Origin: a virus
Lineage: Duplodnaviria; Caudoviricetes
Virus record (IMG/VR): IMGVR_UViG_3300032303_000779
Span: 1 to 36,286 of that record
DNA: 36,286 bases
Direction: 5' to 3' (one strand)
Below, one piece after another: positions 18,022 to 28,675 of the stretch. The number at the start of each line of letters is the position of its first letter. Position 1 is the first letter of the stretch. The translations under genes and the position numbers were made by a program. The notes under the pieces were generated by a model. The model had not been told where the DNA came from. It saw only the letters and a list, made by a program, of their open reading frames with translations, and did not search any database.

Positions 18022-18386
18022 TGTTGACACAAGAAACTATTGATGCGTTTAACACACGCTTGACTGTGAATTTGAACACAATCAAGAATATGAAACCATC
18101 CGAATTGGATCGTGTCAAGAGTCAAGGCAGCGTGGCCGAAACACTGTTGAAGAATCGTGATTTGGCCTTGTTTATACACCAATACAAATTTGAATGTCTA
18201 GATGCTATCACAGCAATCACTGGACATACTGAAGAAGATAACAGTCGCAGAGTGGCCCTTTCCAACCAACTCAGCGGCATCGACGGTTTTGTAGCATCAC
18301 TCCAACGAGCGATGTATATGAAAAATCGCGTGGTAACTCTGCAAAGCGAGCCCACGCCTAACTTAAAAGGAAATGAAGTCTTATGA
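18021..18386 (+). CDS. Small helical protein between portal and scaffold
   Basis: Coupled at both ends; typical synteny. Confidence 0.75.
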   Translation: MLTQETIDAFNTRLTVNLNTIKNMKPSELDRVKSQGSVAETLLKNRDLALFIHQYKFECLDAITAITGHTEEDNSRRVALSNQLSGIDGFVASLQRAMYMKNRVVTLQSEPTPNLKGNEVL

Positions 18387-19558
18387 TAGACAATATCACG
18401 CCTAACGATCATCCAATCGCGGCCACTGAAAACACTGCGGTGCTTGGTTTAGACCAAATAGCTGCGAAGATGGACGCTATGAAAGCAATGACACAGCGTA
18501 ACCAAATCCGTGCTACTGAACAGCCCGTGACAGGTGAGGACGCTGAGGCAATGGCAGAATCCCCTGTGGCACCCGACGGCAGCGATGCCCAGCCAGAAGT
18601 CGCACAACTAGAAAACGAAGATGTAGACAGCATTGCAGAACCTGAAGTCCCAGAAGGTCTAGAACCAGAGGTAAACTCAGATGAAGCAAACTCCAGCACA
18701 GATGAACTAATTGACTTTATTGAATTCGCAGAAACTAATCCGAACGCCAAGTTCAAGTTTATGCGTAACGGTAAAGAAGTAGTTATTGATGCCAAGAAAG
18801 CTGCCAGTATCCTAGGACAAGGTGGAGCGATACACGAAGAAGCAAGACAGTTAAAAATTGACAAGAGTGAATTTGAAGAATACTCAAAAGAAACTCGCCA
18901 AAGACAAGAAGGTTTGCTCTTGGCCATGGAATTTACTGTGCAACCCAAATTACAAGGTGCCTATGATGAGATTTTGAAAACTCAAAATTATCAAACCACC
19001 TTCCAACAACAATTGGCCGCTACACAGGATCCAGCCCAACAGGCTAGAATCCGTGCAAGTATGGAACAGAATGAGCGTTACATACAACAGCAAGGTCAGA
19101 TCATACAGCAATTAAAGCCTGCTGTGGATCAGTTCAAGGATGTGCGTAGGCAACAAGTGGCCGAGGTTCTGGAACGAAACCGCAAGGCATTCACAGACAA
19201 AGAGTTGAAAAACGAATATGTCTACAATGAACTGCGTGAAAAGATCACCAAGATCTGGCCAGAAGCACAGGGCGAAATCATGCCAGGAATAAAGAATTTG
19301 GATTTGATCAGCAGTGACGAACGCCTATTGGCTTTGGTCCGTGATGGTCTCAAATTCCGCGATCGTAGCACTACCAAACAAGCCGGCAATAGCATTGCTG
19401 CCTTGACTGGTCGTAAACAATCAACTCCTAATGCTCGCAGTCAAGAAGATAACATCAACAGCCTTCGTGAAAAAGCCAAAGGCGGTGACAAAAAAGCCGC
19501 AGACAACTTGTTAATGCAACAGCTGAGTAAAATCCGCAGTGCAAGAACAGGTCGTTGA
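18383..19558 (+). CDS. Scaffolding protein
   Basis: Acidic N-terminus, FKF..NGKEV.I motif, coiled coil, basic C-terminus, directly before the capsid gene. Confidence 0.8.
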   Translation: MIDNITPNDHPIAATENTAVLGLDQIAAKMDAMKAMTQRNQIRATEQPVTGEDAEAMAESPVAPDGSDAQPEVAQLENEDVDSIAEPEVPEGLEPEVNSDEANSSTDELIDFIEFAETNPNAKFKFMRNGKEVVIDAKKAASILGQGGAIHEEARQLKIDKSEFEEYSKETRQRQEGLLLAMEFTVQPKLQGAYDEILKTQNYQTTFQQQLAATQDPAQQARIRASMEQNERYIQQQGQIIQQLKPAVDQFKDVRRQQVAEVLERNRKAFTDKELKNEYVYNELREKITKIWPEAQGEIMPGIKNLDLISSDERLLALVRDGLKFRDRSTTKQAGNSIAALTGRKQSTPNARSQEDNINSLREKAKGGDKKAADNLLMQQLSKIRSARTGR

Positions 19559-19591
19559 GATTTAGCCTAATCTATATTCAAGGAGAATAAC

Positions 19592-20749
19592 ATGGCAGAA
19601 ATTACAACAAGTCAAATTGGTAACGGAACAACAGCTTATGGTGCTGATATCGTTGTCAAAGACTTAGACCTAGATGTATCCAATCGTGTAAAAGACGATA
19701 CCCCTGTATTGAACATGTGTATGACTAAAAAGCGTAAAGTAAACTCTACTTTGCCATTATGGACAGACGATATCTATCGCTTGCCAGAAACTCAAGCATG
19801 GACTGAAGGTGCTCCGGTATCTACAGCACAAGCTGAGTCAAACAGTCGTTACAACTTGGCCAACTACACACAGATTTTTGCAACAACAGTTGCAGCATCT
19901 GGAACAGCTCGTGCTGTTATGCAGTCCGGTGGTGATCCACAGGCTTACCAAGAAGTCAAACAGTTGATCGAACTCATGTTCGATGTGGAACAACAGTTGG
20001 TTCGTAATGACCAAGTTGGCACACAATACGGTGGACAAACTGGAACAGCTGGTGGTGCTACAGGTAACACACAAACTGGTCGTCGTATGGGCTCATTGAG
20101 TTCTTTTGCTGGAACACAAAGTTTCAATACAACAGCTGGTAACGCAACCGTTGGTATCACAACCAATGTGAACAATGCTAGCACAGACAGTTCAAGTGCA
20201 ACAGCCAATACATTCACAATGAACAGTAACGGCACAACATTCTACACTGGCACATTTACAAACCAGTTGTTCAGCCCAATCATCTACAAGCAGTTGGTGA
20301 CCACAGCAGAACAGCGTTACAATGCTAAGATCCGCACTATTGTGGCTCCTACAAGTCTACGCACAATGTTGAGTGATACATTCCCAACTTCAAGAACTAT
20401 CAACCGTGTAAACTCTGAGCGTGGCGACACAATTCAGACTTACGAGGGCGATTTCTCATACACATATGAGATTTTTGACAGCTGGATCATGGACCAAGCT
20501 GGTGTTTCAAACAGCATCTACTTCCTGAACGAAGAAGTGTTACAATGGGGCTCCTTGCGTGACCTCGGTCCTAACAACGAAGTGTTCAGTAATGCGGACG
20601 CTAGTTTAGACCAGTTCATCATGGAAGGCACATTGATCGTGCGTAACCCAGCAGGCGTAGGTATGTTAAACAACATCTCTACAAGTGGTGCGTCAGTTAC
20701 AACAGCTCGTCCAAGTGCTTTGGTTCAAAGAGCAACAAACACTTACTAA
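19592..20749 (+). CDS. Major capsid protein (HK97 fold, DUF5309-like)
   Basis: DTPVL..., W..D, EG, NYTQIF...V..SGTA.AV, EGTL.V.NP motifs; strong AAGGAG RBS; followed by a terminator. Confidence 0.9.
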   Translation: MAEITTSQIGNGTTAYGADIVVKDLDLDVSNRVKDDTPVLNMCMTKKRKVNSTLPLWTDDIYRLPETQAWTEGAPVSTAQAESNSRYNLANYTQIFATTVAASGTARAVMQSGGDPQAYQEVKQLIELMFDVEQQLVRNDQVGTQYGGQTGTAGGATGNTQTGRRMGSLSSFAGTQSFNTTAGNATVGITTNVNNASTDSSSATANTFTMNSNGTTFYTGTFTNQLFSPIIYKQLVTTAEQRYNAKIRTIVAPTSLRTMLSDTFPTSRTINRVNSERGDTIQTYEGDFSYTYEIFDSWIMDQAGVSNSIYFLNEEVLQWGSLRDLGPNNEVFSNADASLDQFIMEGTLIVRNPAGVGMLNNISTSGASVTTARPSALVQRATNTY

Positions 20750-20773
20750 TCTTTAAGATTAGGGAGTTAAGAC

Positions 20774-20800
20774 AAAAGGCCTTCGGGCCTTTTGTTGTTT
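20774..20800 (+). terminator. Rho-independent terminator with C(UUCG)G loop
   Basis: AAAAGGCC-TTCG-GGCCTTTT-GTTGTTT. Confidence 0.92.
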
Positions 20801-20828
20801 GTATAAACCCAGTAATACACAAGCCGAC

Positions 20829-20834
20829 TAAATA
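20829..20834 (+). promoter_or_regulatory. TAAATA box restarting transcription for the tail operon
   Basis: CTAAATA just after the capsid terminator, 6 nt before ATG 20841, no SD. Confidence 0.75.
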
Positions 20835-20840
20835 TACATT

Positions 20841-21431
20841 ATGAGCCAAGACCAAAATAAACCAGAAATTATTGACACCAGCCGGGTAGATTACAACTAC
20901 GATTATCTAAGACAAGATGCAGGCGGCATTATAACTGCACATAATGGCGTTGGTGACCGTTTGTTAAGCAAAAACAACAAGTTATACCGTGCTATGAAGG
21001 GTGATTGGAAGCGTGAGGGCTGGAACGGCAGTCAAAATATCAAGACAACAACTGGACGCCAAGACGGTAAGTTTTACATTACCCGCGAACAGATGAACAC
21101 AGAGGCAATCAAAAAACGCTGTGCAGAATACCGTGCAGGTGCTGAAGCTGGCATGGTTGATCCCTTAGCACCTTACATGCCCGATGGCGGTATTGGCTAC
21201 AAATGGATGGACTTGCCAGATGTTATTGCTATCCGTATCAGCGATCAATACTTTGGTGGCATGCCCTGGAGTGTGGTCAAATTGGACAAAACATTAAAAG
21301 CACAATTTTATCGAGTAGTGCAACAGGAATATCCAGAATATGTGTGCTATCCAGGTGGCCGATTACCTATTCCAATTGATGTTCCATACCCAGCTAAGTC
21401 TGGAGAAACAAAATTCTTTAAAGGCATTTAA
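20841..21431 (+). CDS. Hypothetical protein following the capsid gene
   Basis: 196-aa ORF, leaderless arrangement. Confidence 0.75.
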   Translation: MSQDQNKPEIIDTSRVDYNYDYLRQDAGGIITAHNGVGDRLLSKNNKLYRAMKGDWKREGWNGSQNIKTTTGRQDGKFYITREQMNTEAIKKRCAEYRAGAEAGMVDPLAPYMPDGGIGYKWMDLPDVIAIRISDQYFGGMPWSVVKLDKTLKAQFYRVVQQEYPEYVCYPGGRLPIPIDVPYPAKSGETKFFKGI

Positions 21432-21433
21432 CC

Positions 21434-22402
21434 ATGTTCGTAATTCCAGATGCAGACAGTCTTGTAACATATCTCAAAGATTTTACAGGCAGCAGTAACG
21501 ACAACGAAATCAAACAGTGTATATTCCAAGCTGAATTAAGCATGCGTAACATTGAGTTACCGGCCTTAAGAACAGACCCATATACAACATTTGGCACAGT
21601 GGGTGAAAATCAACTGATGCCTATTCCAGCTGACATGAACAAGCCTATCCTGTTCTTTCAACAAGGACAATATGGCACTCCAGAAGTAACTACCACAGCC
21701 ACAGCCACAGGAGCACAAGGCACCAACACAATTACCCTGACCAGTGTGCCAGGACAAGGCCTTGCTATTGGCATGTTGGTCACCGGCACGGGTATTCCCA
21801 GCAATACAACCATTGTGCTTTTTACCAGTTCAACAGAATTGATTCTCAGCAACAACAACACAGGTAATGTGTCAGGAACACTGACATTTACCAGCACAGC
21901 TCAAAGCAGCAACAGTGTGTCAACAGGCCCTTGGATTGTGTATGATCGTATTGGTGACAGAGACATCATCACACAGGGCCTAATTGCACAGTTATACCTG
22001 ACTCCGGTCAATGTGCCAGCGGTCATACGCGGCAAGTTCAGTGAAGTAGGATCAAACTATCAGTTCCTGCCGTATGTGTCCGAAGGTGCTCAAATCAACC
22101 TGTATTACTACAAGGCATGGAACCTGTTGTTTACGCCTATCTATGATGGTGCGGTAGTGGTTGGCACAGTGCAGACCAATCCTGTGCTACAAACATGGCC
22201 TGAAGGTTATATCTACAACAGCCTACACGAATATTATATCAAGCGGCACAGTTTAGAAGATGCCATGATGTATAAACAAAAAGCCATAGATGCTTGGAAA
22301 ACAGTAGAAGATCAAAACAACTTGGGTAAATGGTCAGGTGGCCATACCCGTTTGACCAGTATTTTCCAACCCAGACGCGATCGCCAGTATGCGGTCAAAT
22401 AA
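21434..22402 (+). CDS. Head-tail adaptor (tail tubular protein A-like) with inserted beta domain
   Basis: Helical N- and C-termini (IFQAEL; N.VLQTWPE.YIY.SL) flanking a Thr/Gly insert GLAIGMLVTGTGIP. Confidence 0.7.
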   Translation: MFVIPDADSLVTYLKDFTGSSNDNEIKQCIFQAELSMRNIELPALRTDPYTTFGTVGENQLMPIPADMNKPILFFQQGQYGTPEVTTTATATGAQGTNTITLTSVPGQGLAIGMLVTGTGIPSNTTIVLFTSSTELILSNNNTGNVSGTLTFTSTAQSSNSVSTGPWIVYDRIGDRDIITQGLIAQLYLTPVNVPAVIRGKFSEVGSNYQFLPYVSEGAQINLYYYKAWNLLFTPIYDGAVVVGTVQTNPVLQTWPEGYIYNSLHEYYIKRHSLEDAMMYKQKAIDAWKTVEDQNNLGKWSGGHTRLTSIFQPRRDRQYAVK

Positions 22403-22414
22403 CAAGGACCTACA

Positions 22415-25400
22415 ATGAGCAATACCATACCAGCAAACAACAATACCAGTCTATACAACAGCACTGGTAATGCCGTTCCCACTACAGGTAATATTGCTGC
22501 CAACAACATAAACGCCACAGGCAATGTCACAGTTGGCGGATATATCATTGCCAATGGATCAATTACCACTGATTCAAACTTTGTTGGCAATTTAATTGGC
22601 AATGTTACAGGCAATTTAACTGGTAATGTCACAGGCAATTTAACTGGTAATGTTACAGGTAACATTACCTTAACAGGCGGCAACACAGAAGTTATCTATA
22701 ACAATTCAGGCGTAACAGGTTCAAGTCCTGCATTCACATTCAATTCAGCCACAAATGTGGTCACTGCCAGTGGCAATGTGTCTGCTAATTATTTCTTGGG
22801 CAATGGTAGCTTGTTAACCGGCATAGCCGCCAGCTATGGCAATGCCAACGTGGCCACATTCATGGCTGCTTTTGGTTCAAACACAATTTCAACCACAGGC
22901 AACATTACTTCTGGTTACGTGTTTGGTAATGGTAGCCAATTAACAGGTTTACCTGCCACATACGGCAATGCCAATGTGGCGGCTTATTTGCCCACATACA
23001 CTGGCAATATCACAGCCAATGTGATCAGCACCACAGGTAACATTGTAAGTGCCGCAAATTTGGTAACTAGTGGTGCTGCTGGCAACATTGTTGGACCAAA
23101 CTATGTAAGTGCCAACTACTTTGTAGGTAATGGCAGTTTATTGACCAATTTGCCAGCAGGAGCATTGGCAGGTAACTTGACAGGCAACCTAAACGGCAAT
23201 GGTTATGGTGCCAATGCATTTGCTTTTGTTAGTGCAACCGGCAATGTAACCAGTGGCAACGTAATGACCGGCGGTGTTGTCAGTGCTACAGGCAATGTGC
23301 GTGGCGGCAATATCAACACAGTAGGCATTGTAACAGCCACTGGCAACGTGTATGGTGATTACTTTATTGGTAATGGCAGTCAATTAACTGGCATTACAGC
23401 AAACTACAGCAACAGCAATGTGACCAGTTTAATGGCCGCATTTGGTAGCAACACAGTTTCAACCACAGGCAATGTTACAGCAGGCAATTTACGCACCACA
23501 GGACAGATCAGTGCCACTGGCAATATTGCAGGCGGAAACATAACTGCCAGCAAGGTCAGTGCTGGTAGTTTTGACACACCAGGCACCATAATTGCAACTA
23601 CTTTTTCAGGTAGTGTAGTCAGTGCCAGTGGCAATATTACTGGTGGTAATATTAACACAGCGGGTCAAGTAAGTGCCACAGGCAACATTACAGGCAACTA
23701 TATTTTAGGTAATGGATCACAGTTGACTGGTCTTGGAGCAACATATTCAAATGCCAATGTGGCTACATTCATGGCCAGCTTTGGTTCAAATACAATTAGC
23801 ACAACTGGCAACATCACAGCAGGTTACTTTGTGGGCAATGGATCATTGCTTACTAACCTGACAGGTGCCAATGTAACAGGATCTGTAGCACAAGCCAACG
23901 TGGCCAACACAGCCAATGCTGTGGCAGGCGGTAATGTTTCAGGACAGGTTGCTAATGCTCTTGTAGCTGGCACAGTTACTACCAACGCACAGCCAAATAT
24001 TACATCATTAGGCACATTAACCAGCGTAACTTCTACTGGCAATGTCACAGGTGGCAATATACTAACAGCGGGGTTGATCAGTGCCACTGGCAATATTACA
24101 GGTGCATATTTTATTGGTAATGGAAGCCAATTAACTGGCATTGCCGCAAGTTATGGCAATAGTAATGTCAATTCCTTGTTGGCTGCCTGGGGTTCAAACA
24201 CAATCAGCACCACAGGCACAATTACAGCAGGCAACGTCACAGGTGGTAATGTGCTCACAGGCGGTGTTGTTAGTGCCACTGGTAATATTTCTGGCAACTA
24301 TTTCATTGGTAACGGAAGTGCCTTGACTGGCATTACAGCCACAGCCAACGCTAGTGGATCAAACACACAACTACAATTCAATGATGGCGGTGCGTTTGCT
24401 GGCAATGCCGCAATGACATTCAACAAGACCACAGGTAACATTACCTTGGGCAACATTGTTACCAACACCAATAGTATACAAACAGTTGCGGCAATTGACC
24501 TGGCCAACGCCACGGCATTTGGCACCACAACACCTTGGCGTATACAAGTGGGCAATGCCTACAATGGTAGTGCCAACAGTATCTATACTCAGACCAACCC
24601 AGGCACTCTTGCCGCTCCCACAGTGACTCCAAGATTGTTGGTATCTGATTTCCAGGTCATACCCAACACAGGTCTTCGCGTTGCAGAACAAAGTAATCAG
24701 CTGTGGTGCAATCTCAGTGCCAACATTAGTAATACAACAACTCGTATTGGCACCCATCGTAATGACCTTTATCTGGGTGGAGGCACCAGTGCTTTCAGTG
24801 TAACCGCAACCAATACACCAACTCTGGCTGTGTGTAATAGCAATCAGGTCAATATTGGACAAGGCACCAATGCCAATTTAAGCCTGTTGGGCAATGTGGC
24901 ATGGTCAGCAGGTGTAACAGGCAGTTTTAATGGTGTGACTGTGCAAAACTACAGCAGTGCCAACATAATCATAGGCCTTTTAAATCAACTTACCGTCAAC
25001 AATGCCAACTCTACAGTGTTTGGTAATGCTACTACACAAATAGGCATGGTATCAAATTTCACTGGTGCTCCAGCCAATGCCAACGTAACAGGCACTACCA
25101 CAGTAGTTGGTTTTTACATGCCAGGTGCCAGTCAGATCATTCCTGGATTAAGCAACCTCAACGGCAACATAGCCCGTCAGGCCACTGACTACTACAGTTT
25201 CCGCAGTGATGACACCTTGGCCAAAGCACAGTTGGGTAGTCTGAGTAGCTTTAATGAATTCACAGCCAATGTGACCAGCAGTGGTGGCACTTTAAATGTG
25301 GACAAATCCTTGGGCCAAGTGCTACAGGTGTATCCAACTGAAGCCATTACCACAGTCACATTCAACAGCTTTATTACTAGAGTGTTAAAACCCAATGCCA

Positions 25401-25621
25401 GCTATGCCAATCAAAGTGACACAGTAACCTTGATTATACAGCAGGGTGCTACACCATACGCTGTTACCATGCCCACAGGCACTGCCTATCGCTATGCTGG
25501 CGGCGTCAACACTGTCACAGCCACAGCCAATACCACAGTCATGATCAGCATCACTGGAACCTACAACTACAACACCGCGGCCGTCCAGTATTTGATCACC
25601 ATCTCACCGGCGTTCTCATAA
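22415..25621 (+). CDS. Long tail fibre with GNVTG/GNGSQLTG/YGNANVA repeats
   Basis: 1068 aa repetitive shaft plus distinct C-terminal domain. Confidence 0.8.
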   Translation: MSNTIPANNNTSLYNSTGNAVPTTGNIAANNINATGNVTVGGYIIANGSITTDSNFVGNLIGNVTGNLTGNVTGNLTGNVTGNITLTGGNTEVIYNNSGVTGSSPAFTFNSATNVVTASGNVSANYFLGNGSLLTGIAASYGNANVATFMAAFGSNTISTTGNITSGYVFGNGSQLTGLPATYGNANVAAYLPTYTGNITANVISTTGNIVSAANLVTSGAAGNIVGPNYVSANYFVGNGSLLTNLPAGALAGNLTGNLNGNGYGANAFAFVSATGNVTSGNVMTGGVVSATGNVRGGNINTVGIVTATGNVYGDYFIGNGSQLTGITANYSNSNVTSLMAAFGSNTVSTTGNVTAGNLRTTGQISATGNIAGGNITASKVSAGSFDTPGTIIATTFSGSVVSASGNITGGNINTAGQVSATGNITGNYILGNGSQLTGLGATYSNANVATFMASFGSNTISTTGNITAGYFVGNGSLLTNLTGANVTGSVAQANVANTANAVAGGNVSGQVANALVAGTVTTNAQPNITSLGTLTSVTSTGNVTGGNILTAGLISATGNITGAYFIGNGSQLTGIAASYGNSNVNSLLAAWGSNTISTTGTITAGNVTGGNVLTGGVVSATGNISGNYFIGNGSALTGITATANASGSNTQLQFNDGGAFAGNAAMTFNKTTGNITLGNIVTNTNSIQTVAAIDLANATAFGTTTPWRIQVGNAYNGSANSIYTQTNPGTLAAPTVTPRLLVSDFQVIPNTGLRVAEQSNQLWCNLSANISNTTTRIGTHRNDLYLGGGTSAFSVTATNTPTLAVCNSNQVNIGQGTNANLSLLGNVAWSAGVTGSFNGVTVQNYSSANIIIGLLNQLTVNNANSTVFGNATTQIGMVSNFTGAPANANVTGTTTVVGFYMPGASQIIPGLSNLNGNIARQATDYYSFRSDDTLAKAQLGSLSSFNEFTANVTSSGGTLNVDKSLGQVLQVYPTEAITTVTFNSFITRVLKPNASYANQSDTVTLIIQQGATPYAVTMPTGTAYRYAGGVNTVTATANTTVMISITGTYNYNTAAVQYLITISPAFS

Positions 25622-26691
25622 TGTTAGGTCTGGGTCGAGCTAGTGAATATGCAGGATGGTGGAGTGGTAGCAGTCCCAGTTTCAGGACCACCGTAACCAC
25701 TGCCATGTCTGCTAGACCCAGCATAGGCACAGGCACCAGCTTGTATGGCAATGACTGGACCAGTCCTGATTTTGGCAACAACATCAGCATGGCATTTAAC
25801 AGCACCAGTATTGGTTCCAATCAAAGTGCCATTTTTTCCGTCACTTTCAAAGCCAGCACCATCAGCAACCTTACTTGGGCAGACCAAGGCGGTCTAGGTT
25901 ATTTGAGTCCCAGCACTTTTGATGGTGTATATTCAAGCTGGAGTCCATGGACGGTGAACTTTGCCAATGCCAGTGGTAACACATGCAATCTGTCTCCATG
26001 GCTTATACGCAGAGCATCAGATAATCGCGTGGGTTTTACCTGGAACTATGGCACATATACTCAAATATACTTTGGCACTGGCCTAGATTGGGACACCGCC
26101 GTAGCTGACAAATTTATTACGTTGGTGGTGTGTCATGCACCTACCAGTGCAAGTTTTGCCCTCTGGACAGGCGGCACAGTGGGCACAGGACAAAATGCTG
26201 TGCGTTCTGTGCTGGTTAATGCCAGCACAGGTGCCATTATCAGCACGGTTGATACCTCAGTAACTATATCTGGCAACATTGTGTCTGACCCTAGTGCTGT
26301 GACCTGGCGACCATACTGGAAAAGCACACTGGCCGCAGGTGATTTTAATTCACAAACTTTTACTCTTAGCCCCACTGCTGGCACAGCCAATACAAATTAC
26401 CTGTTTCTCAACAGTGGTTGGGCCAGCATTGGAGATATACTAGATCCCACAGCCACAGACGGTCCTAGTGGATTGCCTTATTATACCTTGTTAAGTGGAC
26501 AAGGCATGCCTGGCACAATCAACAGCAAACAGGCTTGGATTAATTTTTATTCAGCTGGCACATACACTTCTGGATCTGATGATGGCCTATACAGATTGAG
26601 TTCTGGTAGAACCAGTCAAAGCACTGGCACCTACAGTTTGATGCCTAGCAGTTATCATACCACACCATTAACCAATTCAGCACACCCTTAA
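25621..26691 (+). CDS. Probable fibre-tip/receptor-binding protein
   Basis: Coupled to the fibre gene; Ser/Thr/Trp-rich beta protein. Confidence 0.5.
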   Translation: MLGLGRASEYAGWWSGSSPSFRTTVTTAMSARPSIGTGTSLYGNDWTSPDFGNNISMAFNSTSIGSNQSAIFSVTFKASTISNLTWADQGGLGYLSPSTFDGVYSSWSPWTVNFANASGNTCNLSPWLIRRASDNRVGFTWNYGTYTQIYFGTGLDWDTAVADKFITLVVCHAPTSASFALWTGGTVGTGQNAVRSVLVNASTGAIISTVDTSVTISGNIVSDPSAVTWRPYWKSTLAAGDFNSQTFTLSPTAGTANTNYLFLNSGWASIGDILDPTATDGPSGLPYYTLLSGQGMPGTINSKQAWINFYSAGTYTSGSDDGLYRLSSGRTSQSTGTYSLMPSSYHTTPLTNSAHP

Positions 26692-26701
26692 GGAACACAC
26701 T

Positions 26702-27082
26702 ATGCCAATGACACAATATTTAGAAAACAAGGTGCTGGATGGCACCTTGAAGGCCACAACCTACACAGCTCCTGCCAATGTGTATATGGCTCTTTACAGC
26801 ACAACAAACACAGCCACCACACCAGGTGATGAATTGACTGGCAACAACTACAGCCGTCAGTTGGTCACATTTAATTCAGCCAATGCAGGTATCAGCACAG
26901 GCAATGCCAATGTCACATTCAGTGCCACTGGCAACACTTGGCCAACAGCGATCAGTGCAGCCATTATGGATGCCAGCACCAGTGGCAACATGCTTTACTT
27001 TGGTAGTATAACACCCAAAGCAGTGGCCGCAGGAGATACCCTGGTGTTTGATGGTGCCAACATAGTGATCACAATATCATGA
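26702..27082 (+). CDS. Small tail-fibre-associated structural protein
   Basis: YLENKVL...YMALY...ELTG.NYSRQ.VTF...DAST.GN.L pattern common in tail modules. Confidence 0.7.
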   Translation: MPMTQYLENKVLDGTLKATTYTAPANVYMALYSTTNTATTPGDELTGNNYSRQLVTFNSANAGISTGNANVTFSATGNTWPTAISAAIMDASTSGNMLYFGSITPKAVAAGDTLVFDGANIVITIS

Positions 27083-27225
27083 TACAAATAGGCGGTGGTA
27101 TCACAATCGGAACTGGCATCATCATAGGCAACTCGCCTGTGTTTGTTACCATTACGGATTTTATTACCGAGGATGCAAACAACTTGATCAGTGAAAACAG
27201 TGATCAGTTTATTGAGGAAAATTAA
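27079..27225 (+). CDS. 48-aa probable fibre adaptor peptide (not in ORF track)
   Basis: ATGA overlap; MIQIGGGITIGTGIIIG...FITEDANNLISENSDQFIEEN; fills the gap exactly. Confidence 0.7.
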   Translation: MIQIGGGITIGTGIIIGNSPVFVTITDFITEDANNLISENSDQFIEEN

Positions 27226-27227
27226 AA

Positions 27228-28673
27228 ATGAGCAATATCAAGTTTAGCCAATTACCTGATCAAGGTGCCCCCACAGATGCCACTATCATGCCCACAGTGG
27301 CCGGTGGAGTCAACTACACTGTCACAGGTGCCAATCTCAAAAGCTATGTAAATTCAACCACAGGCAACATTACCGGTGGCAATATCACAGCCACAGGCAA
27401 TGTCACAGGCACATACATTTTGGGCAATGGCAGTCAATTGACTGGTATTGTGTCCACATACGGCAACAGCAACGTGGCTGCGTATTTGCCAGTCAACAGT
27501 GCCAACATACAGGCCAACTTTATCAGTGCAATTGGCAATGTTACCGGTGCTTATTTGCTGGGCAATGGCAGTCAAATAACTGGCTTGCCAGCCAATTATG
27601 GCAACACTCAAGTGGCCACTTTTTTGGCCGCATTTGGAAGCAATGCTGTTTCAACCACAGGCAATGTCACAGCAGGTTACGTGTTTGGCAACATCTCAGG
27701 TGCCACAGGTGGCTACGGCAACAGCAATGTGCAGACCGTGTTGCAGACCTATTCTGGCACAATGACAGCTGGCAGTTTAAGCACCACTGGCAATATTGCT
27801 GGACTCAACTTTATTGGTAACGGATCGGCCCTGACTGGCATTACAGCCAGCCTAAGTGGCACCATGAGTGGCAACATCAACGGCAATGGTTTCCAAATCA
27901 GCAATGTGTCGGCTGTGACGGCCACTGGCAATATCACTGGCACACATTTTGGTTCTGGTTCCAACTTGACCGGTATTCCAACCAGCATTTTGGCTGGTTC
28001 TGGCATCAGCGTAAGTGCCGCAACAGGTGCTGTGACCATTACCAACAACAATCCAAATCCCTACACCAATGCCAACGTGGCCGCTTACTTGCCCACTTAC
28101 ACAGGTGTGTTGGCCGGCAGTTCATTGAGTGTCACAGGCAATGTGCTGGGTGCAAACATCACAGGAACACATTTTGGTTCTGGTGGCAATTTGTCCAACG
28201 TTGTGACCAGTATCATAGCAGGAGCTGGTGTCAGTATCAACAGTTCAACTGGTGCTGTTACCATCACCAGTTTGGCCGCAAGCAACTATGTGGACTTGAC
28301 CACAAATCAAACTGTAGCCGGCAACAAAACATTCACTGGCACAACCACGCTGGGCCCCTATGTGGAAACCACAGCGGCTTCAGTCAACTCCAGCACAAGT
28401 TTTACACCTGTCATGAGCACGGGTCCTGTGCAAAAGATCACAGCCACAGCCAACTTTGCGTTGAATGCTCCAACTGGCATGACCACAGGACAAAGTATCA
28501 CTTTGATCATTACACAAGATGCTACAGGCGGTAGAATTATGACTCCCAATGCCGCATACAAATTTGCCTACAGTGTCAACACACTGAGTTTGCCAGCCAC
28601 AAGCATAGATGTCATGAGTATATTCTACGATGGCACCAATTATCTGTGCAATCTGGTCAAAGGATATGTGTAA
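27228..28673 (+). CDS. Second (short) GN-repeat fibre
   Basis: MSNIKFSQLP N-terminus, same repeats as the 22415 gene, QTVAGNKTFT motif, C-terminal LIITQDATGGR...FYDGTNY domain. Confidence 0.8.
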   Translation: MSNIKFSQLPDQGAPTDATIMPTVAGGVNYTVTGANLKSYVNSTTGNITGGNITATGNVTGTYILGNGSQLTGIVSTYGNSNVAAYLPVNSANIQANFISAIGNVTGAYLLGNGSQITGLPANYGNTQVATFLAAFGSNAVSTTGNVTAGYVFGNISGATGGYGNSNVQTVLQTYSGTMTAGSLSTTGNIAGLNFIGNGSALTGITASLSGTMSGNINGNGFQISNVSAVTATGNITGTHFGSGSNLTGIPTSILAGSGISVSAATGAVTITNNNPNPYTNANVAAYLPTYTGVLAGSSLSVTGNVLGANITGTHFGSGGNLSNVVTSIIAGAGVSINSSTGAVTITSLAASNYVDLTTNQTVAGNKTFTGTTTLGPYVETTAASVNSSTSFTPVMSTGPVQKITATANFALNAPTGMTTGQSITLIITQDATGGRIMTPNAAYKFAYSVNTLSLPATSIDVMSIFYDGTNYLCNLVKGYV

Positions 28674-28675
28674 AC

